This document shows, piece by piece, positions 36,988-49,470 of a stretch of 64,000 nt of DNA; position 1 is the first letter of the stretch, and every line of letters starts with the position of its first letter. The translations under genes were made by a program, and so were the position numbers. Source of the stretch: Mantamonas sphyraenae STR306 (Eukaryota > Protista > CRuMs); the NCBI GenBank assembly GCA_026936335.1, contig JAPMXV010000062.1, positions 62,001 through 126,000 on the forward strand. Reading direction: 5' to 3'. The notes beneath the pieces were generated by a model. That model worked only from the letters and a program-made list of their open reading frames with translations. It did not search any database and was not told the origin of the DNA.

Positions 36988-38138
36988 ATGGATCCCGAAT
37001 TCTTTGGCGTGGTTGTCACGGACGAAGGTCTGATGCAGGCAGAGCTGCCGTTCACTGTGCATCTCTCGCGTGCAGTGCTGGTGCCCAAGGGCAAGAGCAG
37101 CTCGCCGGTCTACCTCAAGATGTACTTGGTCAACGAGGCGGATTCCGACGACGAAGACGAGGAGGAGCAGGAGGAGGAGAGCTACGTGCTGGCTGTGCTC
37201 ACGCCGGGCAAGGAAGGTGAGGAAGGGGTCGCCGGAAGGGAGCTTGAGTTGTCGAAAAGTCCGCGACATGCACTTGGGCAGTCACTGACACGTGCGAGAG
37301 GGCACCTGGACGGCTGGGGTACCACTCACACCCTACAGAGCAAGTGTCGCTGGACCACTACATTGCAAAAGGCTCTGTGCTCACCCTGGGCATCGAGGGA
37401 GGCAAGGGAAGCGTGCATGTGACGGGCTGGGCGCAGGACGACGGCGACGAGGACGAGACGACGCTGGATTTCGGTGACGAGGAGGAAGACGAGGAAGAAG
37501 AAGAAGAGGCGCAGGAGGAGGACAAGCAGGAGGCGTCCAAGAAGAGCAGCAGCAGCAGCAGCAGCAGCAACAAGACTCCGAAGAAGGAGGAGAACAAGAA
37601 GGCGAGCAGTGCCACGCCGTCGAGCAGCAAGAAGCGCAGCAGCACCGACAGTGCGGCAGAGGAAAAGGGAAAGCAGAGTGCCAACAAGAAGCAGCGTGTG
37701 GAGGCAGATGCAAAGGCAAGCAGCAGCAGCAGCAGCAGCAGCAGTGGCAAGAAGGAGGCAAAGAGCAAGAAGAGTGAGCAGACAGATGCAGTGAGCGATG
37801 ATGGCAGGCAGAAGCGTCTCAACAGTGGTCTGGAGATGAAGGAGGTGTTGTTTGGCACTGGCAAGAAGGTGAAGCGAGGAGCCACTGTGGAGGTGCACTA
37901 CAAGGGCTACTTCCTCAACGGCAAGGTGTTTGACAAGAGCACACGCAAGCCGCTCAAGTTCCGCGTGGGCACGGGTCAGGTCATCAAGGGCTTTGAGCAG
38001 GGTGTCATGGGCATGCAGCAGGGAGGCCGTCGCACACTCAAGATCCCCCCACACCTCGGCTACGGCTCCCGTCGCCAGGGCGAAATCCCGGGCAACTCCA
38101 CCCTCATGTTTGACATCAATCTCGTCAGCATCCACTAA
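36988..38138 (+). CDS. Nucleoplasmin-like-domain FKBP prolyl isomerase (Fpr3/Fpr4/FKBP39/FKBP53 type histone chaperone)
   Basis: NPL domain (FFGVVV...VHLSRAVL...GSVHVTG), acidic and basic linkers, FKBP domain (VHYKGYFLNGKVFD...VIKGFEQGV...IPPHLGYG...NSTLMFDI); intron ~37217-37338. Confidence 0.92.
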
Positions 38139-38227
38139 GGAAAGGGACGCACGGTCCCAATGTGAGCCAAACAATCAAAAAAAGCTTCCGCTCGTTTTCC
38201 CGTGTCTGCCCGTGCTGCACTGCACAC

Positions 38228-40199
38228 ATGTCATCTCGTCGTCCACGCCAACGTGCACGTGACGTGACCACATCACGAGTGGGCAGTGCCACGCGAGCTT
38301 TGGATGACTATCTCGAGCGAGAGATGCAGGCCGACCCGTCGGCGTTTGTCAACGTGTCGTTGGATGAGGCCAGGTGAGTTTGTCCCCACATCACACACAC
38401 ACACATACACACACACGACACCATCTCACAATCCAACACAATCCGGTGCATGCTTTCTTGCGTGTCCAATCGTGCACGAGCAGGGTGGTCAGCACGGAAG
38501 CGCTGCTGGCGCAAATGAAGCGAGAGCGAGCACAGCGTCGCAAAGCCCAGGCCCGGGCAGAGGAGGAGCAGGCCCAGGAAACAGCGAAAACTGCTGTGCA
38601 GCCAGAGAATTGTATAGAGAGCTGCAGGAGGAGAGTGTGCGCCGCGTGAAGCTGCTGCAGGAGCAACAAGAGGCTCGGCAGGCTCGCTTTGCCGCTTTGG
38701 AGAAGTCGTTGCAACGAGCGCGGGCAAGCGAACGGCCAGACGGCCACAGCCACAACCACGACGTTGCCGCCCGTGACGACGATGACGACGATGACGACGA
38801 TGTCCGTGATCATGACAATGACCAAGACGTCCCCATGGACATGCGTATGCTGCTGTCATCAAGCCGTGGATTCGCTCAGCACGACGGGAGCGATGACGAG
38901 ACGGAACGATTTGTACAAAGCCGCGTGTCCGCCAGCAGTCAGAAGCGCATGCACATTGTGCAGGAATACCTCGATGGATTGCAGTCGCGTGTGATGAACA
39001 CAGACTCGTACCTGCCGGAGCCTGTGGAGCACGTTCAGGGCGACTCAGTGTACCGTGCCACCGCCGAGCTGCTCAAGTCCCAACTGCACAGCGAGCAGCA
39101 GACCTGGCCCGCCTGGGCACCCTCCAGTTACAGGAGACACTAAGGCAATCGCTTCGTGCAGCACGGACCCATGACGACGACGATGGCGCCATGGCCAAAG
39201 TCCGTCAGGATGTTTTCGAGCAAACTGTCAGCAAACCGCTCCTTGCCGGCGCCGCTGCTCAGCCACGAGGCATCTCTGCCGGCTCGTCAGCCAGCACTAC
39301 CACACGTAGAACGACCACGGACGCATCCGCAGGCAAAACACGTGTGCATCGTGCCCCTGTCGTCGACGGACGACTCGATGACAGTCACATCGACTCACTC
39401 ATGGTCAACCCGTCCACCCTGCACGTGCGTGGTGCCGCTGCTGTCATGGAGTTTGACCAGGAGCGTGTGGAAGAATCGCAACAGCGTGTGCAACACCACG
39501 ACGTCTTCAACCGGCCGATGCGGCCCAACTTTGCCACTGTTCGCGCCGTGAAACCACGCTCCGCGGCAAAGAACACCCCGCGCGTACCTTCAACCCAACC
39601 CGGTGTACATATCGCAGGTACGGCGGCCTACCACGTGCGTATCATTGACGACGAAGAGGTCAACGTCGGCAAGAGTGACAACCACCTCGCGCAGCCCATC
39701 CCCACACCGCTCCCGTTCCCGCACACCGTCGCCCACCCCATCCACCACCAGCACAAACTCCACATCGACCTATCCGCGATCCATCCTCAAGAATAGCCAG
39801 CGCAGCACACAACCCTCTTCAGCTGCAGTTTCATCCAACGCCGTCCCGTCCAAAGCCTTGCGCTTCACAGGCTATGAACAGACCGCGTTTGCCGACGACA
39901 ACACCTTTGTGGGCATGAACGACTTTGAGACAGTGCCACCCGCGCAGCAGACTGCACTCGAGCGCATACGCCACATGGAACACTTCCGCGACGAGTTGAA
40001 TCGAACGCGCGACACCATGCACAAGCACTCATGCACAAGCAACTCTGCAGACAGGGTCTTTCTCGACTGGGACGACCATGAGCTCCGTTCAGAGACGGCG
40101 TTGCAGGCCCTCCGCCTCCAGGAGATGCAACAACACGGCCTCGTGCGCCATGTCGGACAAGGTGGTGTTGCATGGTTCCAGCCCAGAGCCACAAGGTGA
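38228..40199 (+). CDS. Uncharacterised coiled-coil / Ser-Thr-Arg-rich protein
   Basis: Exon 38228-~38373 and a GTGAGT intron, then coding-like segments in three frames that join with one-base shifts at ~38596, ~39095 and ~39600. Confidence 0.55.
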
Positions 40200-40240
40200 A
40201 CGCCGCTTGTTTGTACAAGGGAATGCATTGTTCTTCCTTC

Positions 40241-42442
40241 TCACACACTCCTGACTCTCCCCGTGGCACGCATGACCTGATAAAAGGCAATGGTTGCCCC
40301 CAGCACCATCAATCCAAAGTGCTTCTTCACATACGCCTCGCGCACAGGCTCAAACTGCTCCACCAAACGCTCCTTGGTCAGTGTGGCTGGCAACAGGTCA
40401 CCAAACACACGCAGTTCGCTGTGGTCCTCAATGCGGCCCCACTTGGCCTCAAACAGGTCCGCTCTCGCCTGCAGCTTGGCCAGCGATTTGCGCAAGCCCT
40501 CATCCACCATCCAGTTGGCAAAGTATTTGCTGGCCATGACCACCGCAAATACAGCCCACAATCCACCAATGTCTGCCCATCCGTCTGCGCTGTCGTTGAA
40601 CTGGCAGCTGAGGATGCATGTGGACGGGTCGTTGAACGCATAGTCGATCGTCACTGCCAGCGGCATCAGCACCACCGTGATGTGTTCGCTCAACAGATCC
40701 TGTGCACTAAACAGGATGTACTTGCGCTTGCGCATCATGTGTCTGTACAGATCGTACGTCTCACGTCGATACTCGCTCTGGAACAATTCCAGCGTCGCCT
40801 TGTGTGAATCAACGCAAACCCAGCCCCAGGCCACATCGAACCACTTTTCAATCAGGCCCAGATCACGAATCACCAAGCGCACAACCAACGCAAGGGTCAT
40901 CAGCACAAACAGCAGCCAGTCAAAGTTGGCCGTGTCGTACGATTGCACAAAGAACAGTTCGCTCAGCTGGTCGTCAAAGAACGTCACAATGGACACCAGC
41001 GGCAAGTGGACGTACGCATTGGTTGCGTACAGTGTGATTTTCCACCAGGCCAGGGTAACAAGGAGGAGCACCACCACGTAGAGAACATAGATCAGAAACT
41101 TGGCTCCTGTTCCCTCCACCGCCCGTTGCAGACCTACAAGCACCGCGGGCACAGCAGGTGCACCAAACAACAGATGGGCCGCACTCATGGCCCATCCGTG
41201 GCTGTACCGAGTGCGTGGGTGACCCCGAAACTGCTCGTATGCCAGAAAACCCCAGATGACAAACACCAAGGTGAACAGATAGCCGTACGCCTCGTCTGAA
41301 CTCAACCCGATGACCACAGAGAGTGTGTTGACCACGACGGCATGCACAATCACTTGGATCAGTGCCATGAACACGCCGGTGAGATTGGCGCGATCTTTGC
41401 CCGGATGCTCCTCCCAGCCCGCATACAACTGCAACTCCCTCTCCATTTCCAGGTCTTCGATCTCGTCGTCTGTCAATGGCCGGTCGCCCACCAGTTGGAC
41501 GCCGCTGTTCTGTCGAAGGAGCGCCATGAGCGCCGGCGTAATTTCTTGCTTCCTGCGAACCTCTTCTGTGCCACGCGATTCAATGTCCACCATCCCCGAC
41601 GGCAGTTGCGACTCGTCCGACGCCACCGACTGTGCGCCACCCACGCGTCCCATCTGCTCGTCCCCCTCGTCAGCCGTCGCCTGCGGCTGTGCCCGCAGGG
41701 GGCCGCCGTCCGTTGTTTCGGCGCGTTTGTCCTGGAGCGATGGCAACGTCGGAAGAGCGGCCATTTCCAGGCCGCCCGTGCGAGCGATGTGTTTGTCCGA
41801 ACTCGGCACCACGCTGCTGCTGCGACGCAATTGTTCCTCGGCTTGTTCCACCTTTTGCTTGTGTTTCACCAACATGGGCGGATCGTCCACGTCGGGCGTG
41901 CGGAAGAACAAGCGACCGTCCCACAAGCCGTTTCGTTTGCGCCACACCACCTCGTAGATGGCAGGCACAATCAGCACCGTTGTCACCAGCGTAGCCACGT
42001 AGAAATAGTTGGTTTCTGTTGCAAAGTCGATTTGGTAGCACTTTTGAGGGCAATTGCCCACCGTATGGGTGGGTGAGAAGTAGGCGTACCACGCAACCGC
42101 CTGGTGCACCCCTACCAGCAACAGCGTCAGACCACGCCACTCCCACTCGCTCAGCAGTCGCTCCCCATACGACGCTCTGTATAGATACATGCGGTAAGTG
42201 TCTGCCGCCAGGTAGAAAATGACCGCTGGCGCCACCAGAGTCTGTCGAATCAGCACCATTTCCAAAACCCCAATCCCAAGCGTCACCACCATCAGTGCAA
42301 ACAACGTCAACGTCATCGGTTGCGTCAGATACGACCAGGCACCCGCCAACAGGCGCCCAGCATGGGAGATGATTCGCATTGCCAGCACCTGCGCCGTCGT
42401 TGCTGCACACCAACACAATCCCCCGTGCTCTGTGCGCTGTGC

Positions 42443-42482
<40 letters not shown>

Positions 42483-42521
42483 CACACGTACACACCACAG
42501 GGACGCTGTGTGTGCACACAT
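40241..42521 (-). CDS. Uncharacterised polytopic membrane protein, paralog B
   Basis: Collinear homolog of 31140-33200. Start is either 42379 (MRIISH) or 42521 via a short first exon and a (GT)n intron. Confidence 0.85.
40374..41128 (-). repeat. Inverted repeat arm B
   Basis: Reverse complement matches 32313-33067. Confidence 0.9.
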
Positions 42522-42554
42522 ATTTTCCACAAGCAAACAGTTTGCTCGAAAACG

Positions 42555-45500
42555 ATGCAGTTTGCAGGCAGCGACTCGATCCTGACCGAGTTCCTGAAGA
42601 AGACGGTCATCATCGCGCCGGTGACCGCGCTGTGCCTCTCCACGTCACAGAAGTATGTATACGCGGGCATTGGACCCAGTCTGCATGTCTTTGATGTCCA
42701 CACCGGTGAACTGGTCAACAAGAAGCGCATCCTCGAATCGGGCCGCGTGCATGGCATCTCAGTCGGTAAGTTCAGCCCCGTCGCCCCTGTGTGCCCATAC
42801 ACCCACTCACATTGGGTTCAAATCGGTCATGCGTCGCAACCACGTGTACAGCCGGTCCCGTGATGCTAGTGTACGGCCAGAAGCTAGCCAAGGTGTGTCA
42901 GCTTGTCGACCTTCTCGCCTTTGAGCTGCAGGGAACAACCTCGACCGACAGCCAGGCCGAGTACCACCCTGTCTATTCAGAGACGCAGATTGAGGTGGCC
43001 TACGCGCTGCCCGGGTTTGAGGATTGGATCTGGAGTGCGCAGTTGCTGCCGGCCTCCCTCTTTGACGGCATCCCGCTTCCCAGCCCGGGTCTCGACACAG
43101 CTGGAGGCAGTAGCAACAGTGGCAGTGGGGCTATGAACACAGGTGGAGGCATGGATCGAACCACGTCGACCGCGTCCTTTGGCGGGGTGGCAGGTGCCTC
43201 CGATGCCATGCTTGAACACCCGTATGTCATCTTTGCCCTGGGTCACAACCAAGTTCAGGTGTGGGATTGGACCAACCGCTGCATGTTGTATGCACTCACC
43301 TGCCAGGAACGCTCCACTCTCTACTCGGCCTCCTTCTATGTCCACGCACCGTCGCACACCCTAATGGTCACCGCAGGCACTGTCTACAACCAAGTGCTCA
43401 TCTGGGACGCCATGCCACGTGTGGCACAGCCCTTGTCCAAGTCCTCGTCTTTGCCTTCATCGTCATCATCGGATGTGGACGACGGCGACGACGACGACGA
43501 GGCCCCGCTCCTCGACGAAAGCCGCGTCGCCCCGTGCTCTTTCGTCTAGAAGGCCATGACGGCGTCATCTTCCGTCTGGTGTGGTGTGCAGATGAACCAG
43601 AACATGAGGACGCAGACGGCCTGTCCATGCTGACCTGCTCCGATGACCGTTCGCTGCGCATCTGGACGGGTTTCTCGCGCACGCAATTCGCCGAGGCAAG
43701 CCAACCCGAGCACGAACGAACGTTTTATGGACACGTGTCGCGTGTGTGGGACTGTTTGCTGCTGCCCAACCGTGTGATCAGCGTGGGCGAGGATTTCACT
43801 TGCCGTGTGTGGCACCGCGCAACAGGCCAGCAGTTGGCCATGTTTGACGGCCACAACGCAAAGAACGTGCGTCGCTTGGTTTACGTGGCGTCCCTGGACC
43901 TGGTCATTGTGGGTGTCGACGACAGTTCCATCCACCTGTGGCAGCTGGACACGCTGGAACAGCAGCTGGCCAACCTGGAGATGGACAAAAAGATGTGGCA
44001 GAGCGACAGCAAAGCACACGCATCCTTCCTCACCCTTCCCGCTGGCCAATCGCCACGCAGCGTCGAATTGGCAGACATGCATTCGTTGTACGTCTGCAGT
44101 GTCCAAGGCAGCGTATGGGCCACTTCCATTGGTCACGAACAGGACCTGGACGCGGACAGCGAGGACTCACGCAAGTGGACTCTGTTGTACGACGAGCCCG
44201 AACACCCACTGCTCAACACAGCCCTGTCGGGCGACCTGAGATGGCTTGCCTGCACGTCATCGCGAGCTCGAATGGCCGTCATTGACGTGACCACCGCCGA
44301 CACACAATCCAACAACACGCTGGCACGCGCCCTGTGCTGGGATGCACACAGCTCGAACGGCGACATCAAGGTGGCCTGGGATGTGCCCCGTGCTATGGTG
44401 TGTGAAAACGCCAGTGTGCAGTACAAAGCACGTCGTGAGCGTCTGCTTCAGGACTCCACTCGTCGCATGCTCATGACTGCCTCCTCCTCGGGTGAGCTGC
44501 GCTGCTGGCTGCTGGATCTGTCCCAGCAGGAGCAGGAGGATGACGGCGACGGCGACGCCGATTCTGCCGGTGGCCTCTCGGTCTCGCTGTTGGGCACCAC
44601 CATCATCCGTGCAAAGAATAACAAGATCACAAGCATGGCTGTGATCCGTGAACATCGTCTGCTGCTTGCCGGTGGATCTCGTGGCGTGTTGCATGTGTTT
44701 GAACTACCACCAGACGACAGCCAGGCCGAGAGTGATCCCTCCAAGTGGGATCACATGGACGAGATGCCATGTTTGCAAACCATGACTGTGCATGGTAGCC
44801 ATCCCGTGTCTGCCATCGACGTCATCAGCGCGGTCAAGCTGCGCTCCTGCGGACGCGACGGCCATTTCAACCACTACCGCGTGACCAAACACCTGCTGGA
44901 GGACGAGGCGGCGTCGGCGTCATCCACAACCACACCAAGCACGTCCTCTTCATCATCCTCATCATCCTCATCATCTCCATCATCTCCATCATCCTCGCTG
45001 GCTGTGGTGTGCACTCAGCGACACAACAACTCAAACAAGACAGCATTTGTCGAGTCGGTGCTTGTGAGTGAGCACGGCCAATCGCTGCTGGTGGGATTCC
45101 ACTCGTACCACTTTGTGGTGTGGAACTGGAGCACGGAAGAGCAGCTGCTGAAGCTCTTTTGCGGCGGCGGGCGCCGCAAGTGGGCATTTACTGCAGCCCT
45201 GGATCCCCTTCGCTACTGCATGGCGTATGTGCGCCAAGGAAAGGTGGTATTGACGCAGCAACGACAGCCGGTGGTGCAAAAGCACCAAATCCTGTCCAAC
45301 TTCCACTCGCAGGGTTGCCTGGCCGTCTCATTCTTCAATTTCTGGGGTAAACCCAAACGCAAAGCACAGTACCTGCTGACCGGCTCGCCCGATGGCACCG
45401 TCAAGATGTGGAGGTACGCAGACCGCGAGTTTGAAGAGGCGATGGACGGCGGGGCGCTGCTGCGCTCGTCTATGGATTGTGTCAACACCATGAGCGGTCA

Positions 45501-46647
45501 TGGGGCCATTGTATGCTGTCTCGTCGTGGACCAGCACCCCAACGGGCCTTTCCTTGTGTTCTCTGGCGGCGGAAACAGTTTGATCAAGTGCTGGCAATTG
45601 CGCAAGCCCGTGTTTGGCGGCGACCGAACACCCGACTGGACCGCCGTGTACAGTTGGCACATCAAAAACATTGATGCCGAGTGCCGTGTGGTCAGCATCA
45701 CAGCGTTCAGCATCAAAACACAGGAGCAGTTGCGCATGCATGTGGTCGTCGCCGGCTGTTCCGACGCATCCCTGTGTGTGTTTGGATACAACGACACGCG
45801 CACCGACGTGCAACTGCTCGCCAAGTTGGAATTCCACACGCCTGCCTTGTGCATGCAACATTTCCATCCGCGTGTGCCAGACTCCGACCGCTGCCTGCAC
45901 ATGGTCGCTGTGGGTGGCACCGACGGCTGCGTCACCACATTTGACCTCACACCCCTCGTCGATGCCTACGAACGCGAGCAGGAGGCAATGGGTGTGCCTT
46001 CACGAGGCGACGTCGTGCGCCAGATGCATGCGCACTACCGCAGCGACCCACCCACGATCTTTACGGGCGACAAACACGCAGAGGCAAAGGAGAAGTCGGG
46101 CAAAGCGGCTCACAAGCGACGCACGGGCGCGTGGGTGTTTGATGAGGACCATGACGAGCTGTGGCCTCCCCTGCGTGTCATTGCTCAGGTGCACCAGAGT
46201 GGCGTCAACTGCATGGCCATGACCCCCGTCGGCGATTCCGGACGTGAGTGGACTCTAGCCACAGGAGGCGACGATCAGGCACTGTCGGTGTTGCACATCC
46301 ATGTCCAGGTGAGTGGCGAGGAGGACGAGGGAGAGGAAACGCCAGTGCTCCAGGTCGGCGACAGGCCCATTCGCATGGAGAGGGCGCATGCTGCCGCCGT
46401 GAATGGGGTGGCGTTGCGAGACGGAGTGTTGTTCAGCACGGGGATTGACCAGCGCCTGCTGGTGTGGCGCGTGGACGAGGAAGCGCAAGAATTGGAGTTG
46501 CTGGAGCTCGCTTGTGCCATGCTGGAGATCGCAGACATCAGTGCCATGGCTGTGCGCAAACGAGCCGACCACCTCTACGCCGTGGCTGTGGTTGGTGCCG
46601 GCATGGAGGTCGTAGAGATCAAGCTGCGAGGCATGATGCCAAACTGA
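42555..46647 (+). CDS. WDR6: WD repeat protein 6 (Trm734; tRNA 2'-O-methylation cofactor)
   Basis: PVTAL, RVHGI, AGTVYNQVLIW, GHDGVIF, CSDDRSLRIW, GHVSRVW, CGGGRRKW, HQSGVN, TGGDDQAL, GIDQRL are WDR6-type motifs; intron ~42766-42851; one C missing in the C-run at ~43530-43533. Confidence 0.9.
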
Positions 46648-46680
46648 GAGATTGGAAGACATTTTCAATGGACATTCGAC

Positions 46681-48570
46681 TCAATGCTCAAAGATCTCCG
46701 TCATGCGCAACAGAACGCCCAGGTAGTCCAGGAATTGCATGACCTGCTTGTCGTCTCGTTTCTTCTTTTCATCAAAGATGAGCAGCAGGTAGACGACGGG
46801 TTCCACCTTGTAGATAAAGTAGGTGGTTGTGAGGGAGCTGTCGTACAGATACACGGGCACCGTGCCATACTGGTCCAACTCGTCCTGGTTTTCCATGATG
46901 AGGGAAATGACGTTGGGCCAGTGCTCAAACGGCGGCGCGTGTGGCCTGGAAAACACGGCAGGCCATGATCGCAACCCTTGCGGGGCTTCGTAGGGATTAT
47001 TGACATCGGGGCATTCGTACCCTTCGGGCTGGTACTCGACCTTGCTGGCGTCGATCACCACAGACACATTGCTCGCACCCATCTTTTTTGTAAACGTGTC
47101 CACAAAGTGCACATAGTCGATGGCGTCTGTGCTTGCGTTTGCATTGGCGTTGTTCAGCTTGCGTGCGCCTCGTCCCGACCCCGACGAGGAGGAGCTGCTT
47201 CCGGCCTCGTTCAAATCGTTGTGCATCTGCGACTCGCGCGCCTGCACATCCAACAACGCCGCCTGGAAGTACAGTGCCAGCTTGCAGCGAGTGGCATGCA
47301 ACAGCGTGGACATCCACGCCGTCATGGTCACCAGCACGTGGTTGCGTGACGAACCCCCACCGTGCCTCCCACCCACCTCCGAGCTGCTTGAGCCCGACTT
47401 GCTGTTGCCGCTGTCCATGGAGACGTCGTCGGAAAGGGACAGCACCCAGTGGTTGCTCCAGTCGCGCAGGTGCACGTTGGCTTCGTATAACTTAAACACT
47501 GCGGTGGTGTAATCGAACCGCTGCAGCGCATTCTGGGCAGAGTACAGCAACTCCTGCACAAGCATCTCATGCTTCATGTTGTACTGCATCCCCTCCAGCA
47601 GCGGATGGTCCAACGACCCCGGATACTGGCCACGCATCGACCGCACAAACTTGACCATACTCAAGAACGACGGCGGCAACCGCAGCACACCCAACGAGCG
47701 GTAGAAGCCCACCATGTCCAGTCGTGCCTGTACCAACACTGCCAGTTTGCTAAACATGTCCAGGAAGAATGTGTGATCTTCCACAAGCGACCCCATTGCC
47801 AAATCCTCCTCCTCCTCGTCCTCCTCCTCTTCCCCCCACGCACCCTGGCCCTTCTGTTGTTGTGAGTGCATGTGTCATCGGCGTGTGTGTATGTGACAGT
47901 AGTGATGGACAAAGAATGTGGGGGGTGAGTGATTGCAGACTGGCCACACACACTCACTCACAACACACACGGTCACACTTACAAACAGCTTTACGGGTGA
48001 AAAGAACCGCTTTTTGCTTTTGGGTGTCTTTGGGGCCTTTACACTGCCGCTGACGGTGCCTCCGTTGCCTTGGTTGGTTTGAAGGGCGTCTTCCTCCAAC
48101 TTGCGCAGGTTGCCCTCGCTGCTGACGCTGAACAAGTCCTTGACAGAGGCACGTTCGGCGCTATGGTGAGTGGAGGCTGACACGGTGCTGGAGCCGTCGT
48201 TGGAGGAGGTGGACAGGTTGCTGCGAGCCAGGAGGGAGGCTGTGCGTTCGGCACGTTCCTTCTCCTGCTGGAAGCCTTCCACGGCCGCCTGCAGACCACC
48301 CAGGACTTGCATGTACATGTTGCTCAGGGAATCCTTGCCCAGCCACTTGGGCTCGAGGTAGGTCATGCTGTAGTAGATGCGGTCGCAGACAGTGAGCAGC
48401 AGGAGGGGACTGAGAATGTCGGCCCAGGAAAGAAAGTGCAACTTGGTGCTGTGGCTTCGATTCGACTCTGCCTTGAGCATGTCCGACGCAAGGTTGAACT
48501 GCATCGATTCCATGTGGAACATAAACACCTCCAACACCTCCAGCAACTCCGACTTGCCCGTCTCGTCCAT
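46681..48570 (-). CDS. KICS2: KICSTOR subunit 2 (C12orf66/DUF2003)
   Basis: YYSMTYLEPKWLGKDSL, ARLDMVGFY, KLALYF, HWPNVISLI, TYFIYKVEP; one GTAAGT intron ~47853-47981. Confidence 0.85.
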
Positions 48571-48721
48571 CGATCAGCGTGAGATTTCGTTGTTGTCCCC
48601 TGGGCAGTGGTGCTCGAGGACAACACACACACACACACACACCGTGAGAAATGGATGGGATCTCTCTCTCTCTCTCTATCTCTCTCTCGTGACAATCACA
48701 GGTTGTGTTCATTGAGTGTTT

Positions 48722-49400
48722 TCAAAGCCCGCTTTGTTGCTTGGCAAGATCCCCCTTGCGTGTGGGATCGCTGGTGGCCATCATACGCATGGCTCTCCGC
48801 CTGTTGCCTGAGCGAACCTTGCCTCCTTTTGTAGATTGTGCCACGTCATCGTCGTCTGTGTCCACCTGCATCCCGGCCACCGACGGTCGGTTGGTTGCAT
48901 TTGCTCGTCCGTCGTCCTTGCCACTGCTGCTGTTACTGCTGCTGTTACTGCTGCTGTTACTGCTGCTGCTGCTCCCTTTGTCTGTAAACACTGTTTCCCC
49001 GGTTTGCTGTGCCGATGCCCGCTGACCCGTACGCGACTCAACCTGTCCCGTCTCTGCGTCGGCGTCCGGCATCTCAATCCCTTCGCTTTGCAGGCGCTGC
49101 TTAATCGCCTCCATCTTGCGCTGTGTGGATCATCCCGCGCCCCCCAATCCCCCGCAAATACAAACAGGTGCATGGGTGGTGTGTGTGTGTGGCACGCGAG
49201 AAAAAGACAATTGAGTGTAAGCCGTGGCCGCTGTTGAACAACATGCCTCGCCACCACGACAATCACCCACCACCCACCTCACGCCTGGCAAGTCGCTTTG
49301 CCTTTGTCTTTTCCTTCTGATCCTTGACCAGCTGGACCTCAATCTCACGTGCAATCTTGGCACGCTCCTTCTTGCGAGCCTTGCGGCTGAGTTTCGCCAT
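48722..49400 (-). CDS. Small Lys/Arg-rich hypothetical protein (possibly nucleolar)
   Basis: MAKLSRKARKKERAKIARE...RRE spliced in frame (intron 49121-49277) to RKMEAIKQRLQ... Confidence 0.6.
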
Positions 49401-49470
49401 GTGTTCGGTGTGTGTGGTTGTGTGGTGTGGCTGCGCGTGCGCGTGCAACACGAAGCAGAGTCGGGACGCC

